Assembly (NCBI GenBank): GCA_021828045.1
Contig: JAKATI010000001.1
Coordinates: 6,209-70,208, forward strand
Length of the DNA stretch: 64,000 nucleotides
Reading direction: 5' to 3'
Source: Pseudomonadota bacterium
GTDB lineage: Bacteria; Pseudomonadota; Gammaproteobacteria; JAKAQQ01
Under the pieces are notes generated by a model that saw only the letters and a list, made by a program, of their open reading frames with translations, searched no databases and had not been told where the DNA came from. Positions 46,875-56,164 of the stretch are shown here, in pieces. How positions within the stretch are numbered: position 1 is the stretch's first letter; each line of letters opens with the position of its first letter. The translations under genes and the position numbers were made by a program.

Positions 46875-47615
46875 ATGGTCCTTGCGCACGGTTTTGAGAA
46901 GGGCTTCCGCTTGAAGCGCCAGGGCCGGCTCGTCCAGATGCCGGTAGTCCCGGATCAGGATCTTGAGGGCATCGGGCGCCGATGGGGTCATCCCCAGTCT
47001 CCGGACGATTGCCGCTGCACGATTGGCGGAGGCGACGAAAGCGCCCTTGTCCAAGAGGAAGCGCGCAACAATGAGGTCATGTTCCGCGATCCGGTCGCGG
47101 ATCCGGTTCATCTCGAAACGGCCGTAGAGCGAATAGGGCGAGCGGGGGAAGTGGATCAGGAGTTTCTTGTAGTCGTGGAAGCCGGTCCGCAGATTCCGGA
47201 TGTTCCGTCTGGCGGGACTGACTCCAAACAGGCGGTCAACGAAGTTGAGGGGGATCTGGGATTCGGAGACGGCGACCATGAAGTAGGCGTAGGGGGCATC
47301 GGGGCTGCGGGGATGTTCCTGGATGAATCGACGGGCCGTGTTGGCTGCCTCATGGTTATGGCCGGCCATGAAGTGCGTATAGATGAGGTAGAGGGCGGCT
47401 TCCCGGGCATAGCGCTTGAACGGGTAGTCGGCCTTGAGACTGCGGAAATAGCCTTCGGCCACCTTGTAATTGGCGGCCTCCAGTGCATGACGTCCATGTT
47501 CGTAAAGCGAGAGGGCAGTGGGACGGGCATGGTGGTGGGGAGTGCCCGCACAACCCGCCAGGATCAGGGTGGCAAGGACCGGAAGGACGGCAACGCGGAA
47601 ACGGCGGTGACTCAT
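46863..47615 (-). CDS. bamD: Outer membrane protein assembly factor BamD (YfiO) lipoprotein
   Basis: It has a signal peptide with lipobox LAGC and TPR-like repeats. The bamD-rluD-yfiH synteny is conserved. Confidence 0.85.
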   Translation of the reverse strand: MSHRRFRVAVLPVLATLILAGCAGTPHHHARPTALSLYEHGRHALEAANYKVAEGYFRSLKADYPFKRYAREAALYLIYTHFMAGHNHEAANTARRFIQEHPRSPDAPYAYFMVAVSESQIPLNFVDRLFGVSPARRNIRNLRTGFHDYKKLLIHFPRSPYSLYGRFEMNRIRDRIAEHDLIVARFLLDKGAFVASANRAAAIVRRLGMTPSAPDALKILIRDYRHLDEPALALQAEALLKTVRKDHSRS

Positions 47616-48639
47616 GGACGGTGAGGAGCCCGGATGCGGGGAGGTGGAAAGTATAGCGCGGAAGGAAGGTTTCCCGGGAATCCCGGCTCGAAGGGACCGG
47701 GTCCCCGTGTCCTGTGCCGGCCGTCGGCTGGATCAGGCACTGGCGGAACTGTATCCCGGATTTTCGCGCAGCCGTCTCGCAGAACTGGTTCGTGAGGGAC
47801 GGGTCCGGCTGTCGGGCCGACCGGCTCTCCCCAGTCGTCGGGTGAAGGCCGACGAGAGCCTGGAAGTCGATTTCGGTGAACCTTGGTCCACCGTTCCGGC
47901 CGGACCGGAACCCCTGGGGTTGACTGTGGTCTGGGAGGATGCCGACCTCATTGTGGTCGACAAACCGGCAGGACTGGTGGTGCATCCGGGAGCCGGCCAT
48001 CACGGCGGGACCCTCCTCAATGGGCTTCTCTACCGATATCCGGAGCTCGGCCGGATTCCGAGGGGGGGGCTTGTGCACCGCCTGGACAAGGACACCTCCG
48101 GTCTTCTCGTGATTGCCCGCAATGAGTCCGCGCACACCCGATTGACCCGGGCCATTGCCGCACGGGAAGTGCAGCGGATCTATTGGGCTTTGGTTTTGGG
48201 AGAACCGACGGCAGGGCAGAAGATCGAAGCTCCACTGGGGCGCGACCGGAACAACCGTCAGCGACGGGCGGTTGTCGCTTCCGGAAAATCCGCGGATACC
48301 ACCTTCCGGATCCGGGAACGATTCACGGGAGCCTGCCTGATCGAGGCTTCACTGGGGACTGGACGCACTCACCAGATCCGGGTTCATCTTGCGCATGTCG
48401 GCTATCCCCTGGTTGGTGATCCCCTCTATGGAGGACGGTCACGCAGCACGCGGGGAATGTGTGCCGAAGTGCGAGAGGCGGTCCGCGCTTTTCCACGCCA
48501 GGCGCTGCATGCACGGTCGCTGGCGTTCCGTCACCCGCGCACACACGAACCCTGCAAGTGGGAGGCTCCACTCCCCCAGGACTTCGAGGATTTGCTCGGA
48601 CGGATCCGGGCGGCGGAAGCCCGCATGCACCATGCCTAG
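47614..48639 (+). CDS. rluD: 23S rRNA pseudouridine synthase RluD
   Basis: It has an S4 domain (GRRLDQALAELYPGFSRSRL), HRLDKDTSG and GRTHQIRVH. The true start is probably downstream of the listed ATG (in-frame GTG candidates at 47644 and 47707). Confidence 0.85.
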   Translation: MDGEEPGCGEVESIARKEGFPGIPARRDRVPVSCAGRRLDQALAELYPGFSRSRLAELVREGRVRLSGRPALPSRRVKADESLEVDFGEPWSTVPAGPEPLGLTVVWEDADLIVVDKPAGLVVHPGAGHHGGTLLNGLLYRYPELGRIPRGGLVHRLDKDTSGLLVIARNESAHTRLTRAIAAREVQRIYWALVLGEPTAGQKIEAPLGRDRNNRQRRAVVASGKSADTTFRIRERFTGACLIEASLGTGRTHQIRVHLAHVGYPLVGDPLYGGRSRSTRGMCAEVREAVRAFPRQALHARSLAFRHPRTHEPCKWEAPLPQDFEDLLGRIRAAEARMHHA

Positions 48640-48669
48640 GGTCTTCCCCGGTCTTCTTTTCGGAGGGGG

Positions 48670-49470
48670 TTGCGCGTCATGAGGGCGTACCCGGCGGATT
48701 GCCGGTGGCGACGTTCAGGGTCCCTCCTTTGCATGGAACCGGTCTGGCCGGTCCCCGCCAGGGTACGCGCCTTTGTGACCACGCGTCCGGGAGGCTACAG
48801 TGGGGGTCCCTACGCCTCGCTCAATCTGGCAACTCATGTGGGTGATGATCCGGATGTGGTCATCCGGAATCGGAGACACCTGGTTTCCACACTGGGTTTG
48901 CCTGCCGAGCCAGGCTGGCTCGCCCAGGTGCATGGAGCTCGCGTGATCGAGACCCGGGTGCGGGCGGGCACCACTGCGCCGGTGTGTGCAGATGCGGCCA
49001 CAACCGCCATTCCGGGTGTGGTGCTCGCCGTGCTGACGGCAGATTGTCTGCCCGTTTTTTTCGCAGACCGGAACGGTTGCCGTGTGTCGGTGGCGCATGC
49101 GGGCTGGCGGGGGCTCGCACAGGGTGTTCTCGAGGCGACCCTGGAGGCGATGGGGTGCGATCCGTCGGAGCTCGTGGCCTGGATCGGTCCCGGCATTGAG
49201 GGCGACTGCTATGAGACCGGGCCGGGTGTGCGGGAGACGTTTCCGAGAGCGGAGGATCGGGCGTTTTTCCTGCCTTCGGATCGTCCGGAGCGCTTCCGGG
49301 TGGATCTTGCCGCCCTGGCCCGGGCGCGTCTGGAACAACGGGGCGTCCGCTGGATCGGCCATTGTCCGTTCGGGACCTTCCGGCATCCCGAACTTTTCTA
49401 CTCTTACCGGCGCGAGGGCATGACGGGCCGGATGGCTTCCGTCATTTATCTTGCTTCTCCGGAACCGTGA
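48670..49470 (+). CDS. YfiH/PgeF family (laccase-domain / purine nucleoside phosphorylase-like) protein
   Basis: It has the conserved His/Cys context (ADCLPV, HAGWRG). The start may instead be the internal MEPVW at 48733. Confidence 0.8.
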   Translation: MRVMRAYPADCRWRRSGSLLCMEPVWPVPARVRAFVTTRPGGYSGGPYASLNLATHVGDDPDVVIRNRRHLVSTLGLPAEPGWLAQVHGARVIETRVRAGTTAPVCADAATTAIPGVVLAVLTADCLPVFFADRNGCRVSVAHAGWRGLAQGVLEATLEAMGCDPSELVAWIGPGIEGDCYETGPGVRETFPRAEDRAFFLPSDRPERFRVDLAALARARLEQRGVRWIGHCPFGTFRHPELFYSYRREGMTGRMASVIYLASPEP

Positions 49471-49954
49471 GCAGAGGGGGGGAATCCTTGGACCCTCGGG
49501 ACTCGGGTCTGAGCTGTCTCAGCAGTCGCGAAAGAACCCCGTAGCAGAGAGGAGCCAAGAGCAGGCTCACCAGGAGCCATCCGAGGAGACCCTCGAGGAG
49601 ATAGGCCCACAACTGTTCCAGGGCGGGTATCCATCCGGCGTGGAAACGGGACAGGATCTCGGCGCCGGTGAGCGAAAGGGGGTGTCCGTTCACGAGCCAA
49701 TGGCCCAGTTCCATGAAGGGCACGAGAAAGAGGATTTCGAGAGGATAGACCGCGTAGTTCGTGATCTGGATCAACGGCAGGTTGAGCCCGAGACCCAGGG
49801 CAAGCAGTGTGCAAAGGAGTGTGGTGGTCCCGATTGCCGGGTTGATCCCCAGAAAGACTCCAGACACCACGGTCAGGGCGATCCTCTCCGGGGTGAGCCC
49901 CTGCACCAGGAGTTCCCGGATTTTGTGGGTGGCTTGCCGGATCGGGTTTTTCAT
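49442..49954 (-). CDS. DUF2062-family small membrane protein
   Basis: The start is MKNPIRQATHKIRELLVQGLTPERIALTVVSGVFLGINP; the upstream 81 codons of the track ORF are low complexity. It is about 170 aa with 3-4 TM segments and lies downstream of argR on the same strand. Confidence 0.6.
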   Translation of the reverse strand: MKNPIRQATHKIRELLVQGLTPERIALTVVSGVFLGINPAIGTTTLLCTLLALGLGLNLPLIQITNYAVYPLEILFLVPFMELGHWLVNGHPLSLTGAEILSRFHAGWIPALEQLWAYLLEGLLGWLLVSLLLAPLCYGVLSRLLRQLRPESRGSKDSPPLLTVPEKQDK

Positions 49955-50039
49955 GGGCTTTGGGGCTTTCCCGCATCCAGTCCGGAAAGCAGGGGAACCG
50001 GTTTTCGGAAGGCGGTTTGGTACCCCGGGGGGGTGCAGT

Positions 50040-50462
50040 TCAAGCCGGCTGCCCCAGGAATGATTCGAGGCGGGCCCGGATTTCCTCCAGGATCTGGGGT
50101 CGGCGGATCGCAACAAAAACGGTGTCATCTCCGGCCAGGGAGCCGGCAATCCCCTCCAGCTTGAGCTGGTCGATTTTGAGTCCCAGGGCTTGGGCAAATC
50201 CCGGTGCCGTCCGGATCACCAGGAGATTGGGGGGGGAGAGCTCCACCTCGAAATAAAGGGGGTTGGTATTGCGCAGCGGTTCATAGTGGGCATAGCGGCC
50301 GTGGATCTTGCGGATGGAAAGGCGGGCCAGCCGGCGGGAGAGTGTGGGCTGGGTCAGGTCCACGCCGCGTTCCCGTAACCGGGACCGCATGGTTTCCTGG
50401 TCGGTGATTGTCTCTTCCATGACGAGCGCCAGCAGGATATCGTCCGGGTTTTCATTCGTCAT
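50040..50462 (-). CDS. argR: Arginine repressor ArgR (AhrC/ArgR family)
   Basis: It has a winged-helix N-terminus (TQPTLSRRLARLSIRKI) and a C-terminal oligomerisation/arginine-binding domain with GDDT (IAGSLAGDDTVFVAI). Confidence 0.85.
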   Translation of the reverse strand: MTNENPDDILLALVMEETITDQETMRSRLRERGVDLTQPTLSRRLARLSIRKIHGRYAHYEPLRNTNPLYFEVELSPPNLLVIRTAPGFAQALGLKIDQLKLEGIAGSLAGDDTVFVAIRRPQILEEIRARLESFLGQPA

Positions 50463-50588
50463 GAATGAATTTTACATCAGATGAATACTCAAAGTAAAAA
50501 ATACGAATAATAAAATCAAAATATGTTGACAAAAAACCATTTATTGAATATTATAAGCTTATTATCCATTTAATATGTGAATAAAATT
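50463..50588. promoter_or_regulatory. AT-rich ArgR operator / divergent promoter region (TGAAT half-site ARG boxes)
   Basis: It is 126 bp at roughly 25% GC in a ~65% GC context. TGAAT/TGAATA occur at 50464, 50468, 50483, 50545 and 50573. Confidence 0.6.
50526..50554 (+). promoter_or_regulatory. Sigma-70-like promoter of the arg operon (TTGACA-N17-TATTAT) overlapped by a TGAAT box
   Basis: The sequence is TTGACAaaaaaccatttattgaaTATTAT. The -10 is 35 nt upstream of the argD ATG, and the ttgAATATTat box overlaps the -10. Confidence 0.55.
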
Positions 50589-51743
50589 ATGCCTTCCGAT
50601 TTATCCCCGCACCTTCTGGGACAAGGCCCGGTCTGGCCCATCGAGATCGTCCGGGGCCGCAATGACCGGGTTTGGGATCGTGAAGGTCGTGTGTTCTACG
50701 ACTTTTACGGCGGACACGCCGTCGCCCTCACGGGCCATGCCCATACGCGTATACGGAGAGCCATCAACCGGGAGATGCGGAAACTCATTTTCTACTCAAC
50801 CTCAACCCGCCTGAACGTTCGGGAACGGGCTGCGGCGACCCTGGCCGCGCACTTGCCCGACCGTCTCAGCCGGATGTTTTTCTGCAATTCCGGGGCCGAA
50901 GCCAATGAGAACGCACTCAAGATTGCACTCAGGCTGACGGGAAGGGAGCGTCTCATCGCTTTTCGCGGTTCCTTCCATGGCCGAACCGCCCTCACGCTCG
51001 CGGTCACCGATGATCCACGTCTCAATGGACCCTTTGCCCGTTATGCGCCCCGTGTCGACTGGCTGCCGTTCGCCGAACCCGCCACCTGGGAGGGCGTTGA
51101 TTTCCACAAGGCTGCCGCCGTGATTCTGGAACCGATCCAGTCGATGGGTGGGGTCCGTGTCGCACCGGATGCCTGGCTCGGGGAACTCATCGCGCGTGCC
51201 CATGCGGCGGGCTGTCTCGTCATTTTTGACGAGATCCAGACCGGGCTTGGGAGAACCGGGACCTGGTTCTGCGCCAGCCGACCGGGGCTCGAGCCGGACA
51301 TGGTGACTTTGGCCAAGGGATTGGCCTCTGGAATCCCCGTGGCGGCGACCATCGTCACCGCCGACATCGCCTCGGCATTGGAACCCCACGATCTCGGCAG
51401 CACCTTCGGAGGCGGGCCCGTGGCCATGGCTGCCTTGCTGGCGACATTCGAGGTCCTGGAACGGGAGGACTGCCTGCATTCGGTCCGGGAGATTAGCCAA
51501 AAAATGATGACCGCCATCAACCCACTCCCCGGATGTGCTGTGTTGGGACGAGGGTTCCTCTTGGGGATCAAGGGGCCGCGGACAGGTCGGTGGCTTTGTG
51601 ACGAACTGTTCTCGCGCGGGTTTCTGGCCGGCCCGAGCCGGGATCCTCTTGTGACCAGACTGTTGCCACCGCTCACGCTCAGGCCCCGGTCCGCGGATCG
51701 CTTCCTCGATGCCCTTTCGGAAATCCTGGGAGAGGCCGGATGA
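50589..51743 (+). CDS. argD: Acetylornithine (or succinylornithine) aminotransferase, class III PLP aminotransferase
   Basis: It has the PLP-lysine region (VTLAKGLASG) and the DEIQTGLGRTG motif. It is the first gene after the ARG operator. Confidence 0.85.
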   Translation: MPSDLSPHLLGQGPVWPIEIVRGRNDRVWDREGRVFYDFYGGHAVALTGHAHTRIRRAINREMRKLIFYSTSTRLNVRERAAATLAAHLPDRLSRMFFCNSGAEANENALKIALRLTGRERLIAFRGSFHGRTALTLAVTDDPRLNGPFARYAPRVDWLPFAEPATWEGVDFHKAAAVILEPIQSMGGVRVAPDAWLGELIARAHAAGCLVIFDEIQTGLGRTGTWFCASRPGLEPDMVTLAKGLASGIPVAATIVTADIASALEPHDLGSTFGGGPVAMAALLATFEVLEREDCLHSVREISQKMMTAINPLPGCAVLGRGFLLGIKGPRTGRWLCDELFSRGFLAGPSRDPLVTRLLPPLTLRPRSADRFLDALSEILGEAG

Positions 51744-52735
51744 GGCACCTGACCCGGCTTTCCGATCTCGGCCCTGGGGCCGTGGCTGCCTTGATTGAAC
51801 GGGCCCGGACCATCAAGCGGAACAGCCCGCCTCCGCGCTTTGCGGGGAAGATCCTCATCCTGTTTTTCCTGGCTCCCTCGCTGCGAACCCGTGTTTCGTT
51901 CCAGGTGGCCATGCTGCGGGCGGGTGGGGCCGCGGTGGTGGTTGAGGCGGGAGGCGGAATCTGGCCGCTCGAGACCCGGCCGTCCGCGATCATGGACGGG
52001 GATCGGGTCGAACATCTCGAGGAGGCAATCGGGGTTTTGGGACGCTATGGAGACGCACTCGCAGTTCGTTCCTTCGCCACGCTGGAGTCGGATGCGACGG
52101 ATCTCGAGGATCCACTGCTTTCGGCTTGCCGTGATCATTCGCCGATCCCGGTGATCTCGATGGAGTCGGCCGCCGAACACCCGGCACAGGGACTGGCTGA
52201 TCTGATGACCGTGATTGAAACGCAGGGGTCGCCCCGGGGACTGCCGGTCATGCTGCGCTGGGCGCCGCATATCAAGCCCTTGCCCAAGGCGGTTCCCCAT
52301 TCCTTTCTCTTGACGGCAGCCGCCTTGGGTTGCCGGGTGACCGTTGCCGCGCCGGAGGATTTTGAACTGCCGCCGCCGGTCGTGAACCAGGCCCGCGACT
52401 GGGCCCGGCGGAATGGAGGAGAAGTGACGGTCATTCACGATCCCCGACGGGAGGTGGAGGGGCAGGCCGCATTTTGCGTGAAATCCTGGGGGGCTTCTGG
52501 CTTCCCGGCAAGCCGCCCGGTCCGGGGTCAGCACCCCGACTGGTTGGTCGATACCCACTGGCTGGATCTGGCCGCGCCCGACTCGATCCTGCTCCATTGC
52601 CTGCCGGTCCGGCGCAACGTCGAGATTGCCCAAGCCGTCCTGAAAAGCCCCCGGTGCCGCATTTTCGACGAGGCGCAAAACCGGATCCCGGTGCAGCAGG
52701 CGGCACTGGAATGGTTGTGGGGGCTCCGGCCGTGA
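51740..52735 (+). CDS. argF': N-acyl-L-ornithine carbamoyltransferase (AOTCase/SOTCase-type, argF'), not a canonical OTCase
   Basis: It has the S-x-R-T-R carbamoyl-phosphate motif (APSLRTRVSF) and HCLP (LLHCLPVRRNVE). Over its length it resembles the Xanthomonas N-acetylornithine transcarbamylase as I recall it (FFxPSxRTRxSFxxA...GG.AVV...W.E....MDGD..EH......LGRY.D...VR.F; end ...HCLPxRRNV.....V..SP.C...DEA.NR..VQ.A....L.G). Confidence 0.8.
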   Translation: MRHLTRLSDLGPGAVAALIERARTIKRNSPPPRFAGKILILFFLAPSLRTRVSFQVAMLRAGGAAVVVEAGGGIWPLETRPSAIMDGDRVEHLEEAIGVLGRYGDALAVRSFATLESDATDLEDPLLSACRDHSPIPVISMESAAEHPAQGLADLMTVIETQGSPRGLPVMLRWAPHIKPLPKAVPHSFLLTAAALGCRVTVAAPEDFELPPPVVNQARDWARRNGGEVTVIHDPRREVEGQAAFCVKSWGASGFPASRPVRGQHPDWLVDTHWLDLAAPDSILLHCLPVRRNVEIAQAVLKSPRCRIFDEAQNRIPVQQAALEWLWGLRP

Positions 52736-53622
52736 CCCGTCTCGTCCAGGACGCCTATGCCACGCTGCGGGTGGCGGCGCAGTACGTGTCCCGGTTTCAA
52801 GGTGCGCTCTTTGTCCTGAAAGTGACCGGTCGGTTGGCCGAAGAGGAGAGTCACCGTGCTGCCTTCGCCGAACAGGTGGGTGTGCTTCACGCCTTCGGGA
52901 TCCGGATGTGCTTGGTGCATGGAGGCGGATCCCAGATCGATCGCACTTGTGCGGATCGGGGGATCCCCGTGGAAAAAAAGGGGGGTCGAAGGATTACCAC
53001 CCCTGCGGTGCTCGCGGTCGTCGAGCAAAGCTATCGGGTGATCAGCGAGCGTTGGGTGGATGCCCTCCGGAGCCAAGGGGTGGACTCCGTGTCCTGCCCG
53101 GGGCACGAGGGTTTGCTCACGGCTACGTCGCGTCCACCTTCCGAATGCGACGGTGAGCGGGTGCATTGGGGTGCGGTCGGCGATCTCCGGAAGCTGGATC
53201 CCACTGTCCTGGAAAGTGCGTTCAGGGCCCGCGCCATTCCGGTCATTGCCCCGCTCGCGCAGGGCGTGGACGGTGGCACCCTGAACTGCAATGCAGATAC
53301 GGTGTCGGCCTTCCTCGCGGTGCACTGCAGGGCCAGCAAACTGATTTTTCTGCTCTCGGTACCGGGGCTCCTGCAGGAGGCCCGTGATCCCAGCACCCTG
53401 ATCCGGTATGGGGATCTTTCGGATCTCGCCCGACTCGAAGCGGACGGGGCGCTGGAGGATGGAATGCAGGTCAAGGCCCGGGCCATCGAGAGTGCCCTGA
53501 CCGGAGGAGTCGACAGCGTCCATCTGGTCAGTGGGCTGGATGACGAAGCCCTGGTTCGTGAGGTGCTGAGCCATGAAGGCAGCGGTTCCATGCTGGTTGC
53601 CCGGAAGCCGGAGACGCCATGA
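52732..53622 (+). CDS. argB: Acetylglutamate kinase
   Basis: It is in the amino-acid kinase family (LFVLKVTG...VHGGGSQI). The GTG start overlaps the argF' stop (GTGA); an alternative in-frame ATG is at 52711. Confidence 0.85.
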   Translation: MTRLVQDAYATLRVAAQYVSRFQGALFVLKVTGRLAEEESHRAAFAEQVGVLHAFGIRMCLVHGGGSQIDRTCADRGIPVEKKGGRRITTPAVLAVVEQSYRVISERWVDALRSQGVDSVSCPGHEGLLTATSRPPSECDGERVHWGAVGDLRKLDPTVLESAFRARAIPVIAPLAQGVDGGTLNCNADTVSAFLAVHCRASKLIFLLSVPGLLQEARDPSTLIRYGDLSDLARLEADGALEDGMQVKARAIESALTGGVDSVHLVSGLDDEALVREVLSHEGSGSMLVARKPETP

Positions 53623-54959
53623 AGACCCTCTGGTCCCGGAAAGGGGCGACGGATCCGCGGATTCTGCGTTTTCTCCAGGGTGACGACCCCAGGGTCGATG
53701 CCCGTCTCCTGCCCCATGACCTCCGGGGCAGTGCGGCTCATGTCGAAAGCCTCCGTCTGGCCGGACTCCTGGAGGACAGAGATGCCCGCCATCTCATCGT
53801 GGGCCTCAAGGCCGAACTGGCCTCACTCCCCGAGAGCCTGCCGGACGATGTCGAGGATGGCCAGACCTATCTCGAGGCCCGGCTCGTGGAGCGTCTCGGT
53901 CCGCGGGCGGGGGGTATCCACCTCGGGCGGTCGCGCAACGATCAGGTTGCGCTCGCGCTCCGGCTGTTCATTCGTGACGAGATGCTGGTTCTGGGTTGTG
54001 AGCTCGGGGCGCTCATGCGGTCCTTCTCGACCTTTGCACGGAAGTACGAGGCCGTGGCCTGGCCAGGCTATACCCACATGCGCCGGGCCATGCCGAGCAC
54101 ACTCGGGCAATGGAGTCTTTCCTTCCTCTCTCCCCTGGCCGATGATCTCGAGTTGCTGCCTGCCCTCTACCAGTCGGTCAACCGGTCCCCTTTGGGTGCA
54201 GGTCCCGGTTTTGGTGTGCCCCTGGCTCTTGATCGATCCGCCTCGGCCAGGCGTCTTGGTTTTTCCGGTCCCGATCGGTCGACTGTGGACGCGGTAGGGG
54301 GACGTGTGCGCCACGAGTCCCGTCTGGGCTATTGGCTGTCCAGCCTGGCCGGCACACTCGAGCGCTATTACTGGGATCTTGCCCTTTTTTCAACCGAGGA
54401 GTTCGGTTACTTCCGCTTGAGTCCTGCGCTCACGACCGGCTCCTCCGCCATGCCGCAGAAGCGGAATCCCGACGTGATCGAGATCGGTCGGGCCCGTTGC
54501 CATGAAATCGCGGAGCGCGGCCATCTTCTCTCGATGCTGGGTCGAAGCCTGCCTTCCGGTTACCACCGGGATTTCCAGCTGAGCAAGCCGGAACTCCTGA
54601 CCTTGGTGGACCGGGGACACGAGCTGCTGGCGGTGACGGCTGGGGTCCCCCCTGCGGTGGTTCCGGTCCGGGAGCGGATGGCTCAAGCGCTCACGCCCGA
54701 GGTCTTTGCAACCGAAGCGGCCTATGTCCGCGCGGTCGAAGGCCGGATCCCCTTCCGTGAAGCCTATCGGGAAGTCCAGGAGCAGCTGGATGGGGGCGTT
54801 CCCCTCCCCGTCCGCACGGCTTCGGAAATCCTCCGACCGGAAGTTCTCCAGATGCTTACCGAAATCGAATCCGGGATCGAGACCCAGATGCGCTGGATGG
54901 CCGACCAAAAAGCGCATATCGACAACTGCTATGACCGGCTGTGGGAGAGTTTGCCATGA
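53619..54959 (+). CDS. argH: Argininosuccinate lyase
   Basis: It has GRSRNDQV and GSSAMPQKRNPD signature motifs. The ATG overlaps the argB stop. Confidence 0.95.
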   Translation: MKTLWSRKGATDPRILRFLQGDDPRVDARLLPHDLRGSAAHVESLRLAGLLEDRDARHLIVGLKAELASLPESLPDDVEDGQTYLEARLVERLGPRAGGIHLGRSRNDQVALALRLFIRDEMLVLGCELGALMRSFSTFARKYEAVAWPGYTHMRRAMPSTLGQWSLSFLSPLADDLELLPALYQSVNRSPLGAGPGFGVPLALDRSASARRLGFSGPDRSTVDAVGGRVRHESRLGYWLSSLAGTLERYYWDLALFSTEEFGYFRLSPALTTGSSAMPQKRNPDVIEIGRARCHEIAERGHLLSMLGRSLPSGYHRDFQLSKPELLTLVDRGHELLAVTAGVPPAVVPVRERMAQALTPEVFATEAAYVRAVEGRIPFREAYREVQEQLDGGVPLPVRTASEILRPEVLQMLTEIESGIETQMRWMADQKAHIDNCYDRLWESLP

Positions 54960-56164
54960 GTGCCAACCGTCCTCGTATCGTGCTTGCCTATTCGGGCGGG
55001 CTGGATACCTCCTTCGCTTTGGTGTATCTCCGAAAGTCGGGTGCGGAGGTCCTGGCCGTGACGGTGGATACGGGTGGTTTCACCCGCGAGGAACGGGAAT
55101 CGATTGCCGACCGCGCCCGCCGGCTCGGCGCGGTCGAGCATCGCTGGGTGGATGCGCGTGAGCTTCTGTATCAACGGTATCTCCGTTATCTGATCTATGC
55201 CAATGCGCAGAAGGGGGGGATCTACCCGTTTTGTGTCTCCGCGGAACGGACCTGCCAGGCTGTGGCCGTGGCCGAGATCGCCGTCGCGCACGGTGCCGAC
55301 CAGATCGTGGATGCCTCGACCGGGGCGGGCAATGACCAGGTCCGTTTCGGGGTGGCTTTCGCGGTCCTTGCCCCCTCGATCACCCACCGGAGCCTGATCC
55401 GGGAACTCGGCATCCGTCGCGAGGAGGAGACCGCCTTTCTGGCGCGGGAAGGGTTCGAGGAGTGGGGGCGAAAATCCGCCTACTCCGTCAATCAGGGCTT
55501 GTGGGGGACCACGATTGGCGGAGGGGAAACCCATGATCCCTGGCAGACCGTGCCCGATTCGGTGTTTCCGGGCGGACCCGTGGACCCGGGGCAGGCAGCC
55601 TCGATCCTGACCCTCGAGTTCAGGCGGGGGGAGCCCGTCTCCGACGACGATCCATCTCCGGTTTCCCTGATCGGCCGGCTCAATGCACTGGGATCGCAGC
55701 ATGGCATCGGCCGTGGAATCCATCTGGGGGAAACCATTCTGGGCATCAAGGGCCGGGTTGCCTTTGAGGCGCCGGCAGCCGCGATCCTGGTTGCGGCCCA
55801 CCGCGAACTCGAGAAGCTGGTTTTGGGAGGCAGCCAGATGACCTGGAAGGAAACCCTGGGCACGCTCTACGGTTCGCTTCTCCATGAGGGCCGCTATTTT
55901 GACCCGCTGGCACGGGATCTCGAGGCCTTTCTCGCCTCCAGCCAGCAGCGCGTCACCGGTCAGGTGCGATGCCGGCTCGAACCGGGACGGGTGGTGATCG
56001 AGGGCGTCCGTTCCCCGCATGGACTGGTCGATGCCGGTGTGGCCCGCTATGGAGAGAGTCCCACGCTCTGGTCGGGTCAGGAGGCGGCGGGATTTACCCG
56101 GATCTACGGCGTGGCCCAAAGACTCTGGGCCCGTGCCGGGGAGGTGGACATTGAGAACGTTTGA
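54956..56164 (+). CDS. argG: Argininosuccinate synthase
   Basis: It has the PP-loop AYSGGLDTS. The ATG overlaps the argH stop (ATGA). Confidence 0.95.
   Translation: MSANRPRIVLAYSGGLDTSFALVYLRKSGAEVLAVTVDTGGFTREERESIADRARRLGAVEHRWVDARELLYQRYLRYLIYANAQKGGIYPFCVSAERTCQAVAVAEIAVAHGADQIVDASTGAGNDQVRFGVAFAVLAPSITHRSLIRELGIRREEETAFLAREGFEEWGRKSAYSVNQGLWGTTIGGGETHDPWQTVPDSVFPGGPVDPGQAASILTLEFRRGEPVSDDDPSPVSLIGRLNALGSQHGIGRGIHLGETILGIKGRVAFEAPAAAILVAAHRELEKLVLGGSQMTWKETLGTLYGSLLHEGRYFDPLARDLEAFLASSQQRVTGQVRCRLEPGRVVIEGVRSPHGLVDAGVARYGESPTLWSGQEAAGFTRIYGVAQRLWARAGEVDIENV

Noticed and set aside
56019-56150. Upstream 44 codons of ORF 56019..57233 (MDWSMPVWPAMERVPRSG...)
   Set aside because: This part lies inside argG in another frame. 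The plausible start is TTG 56151 after a GAGG SD, just at the argG stop.
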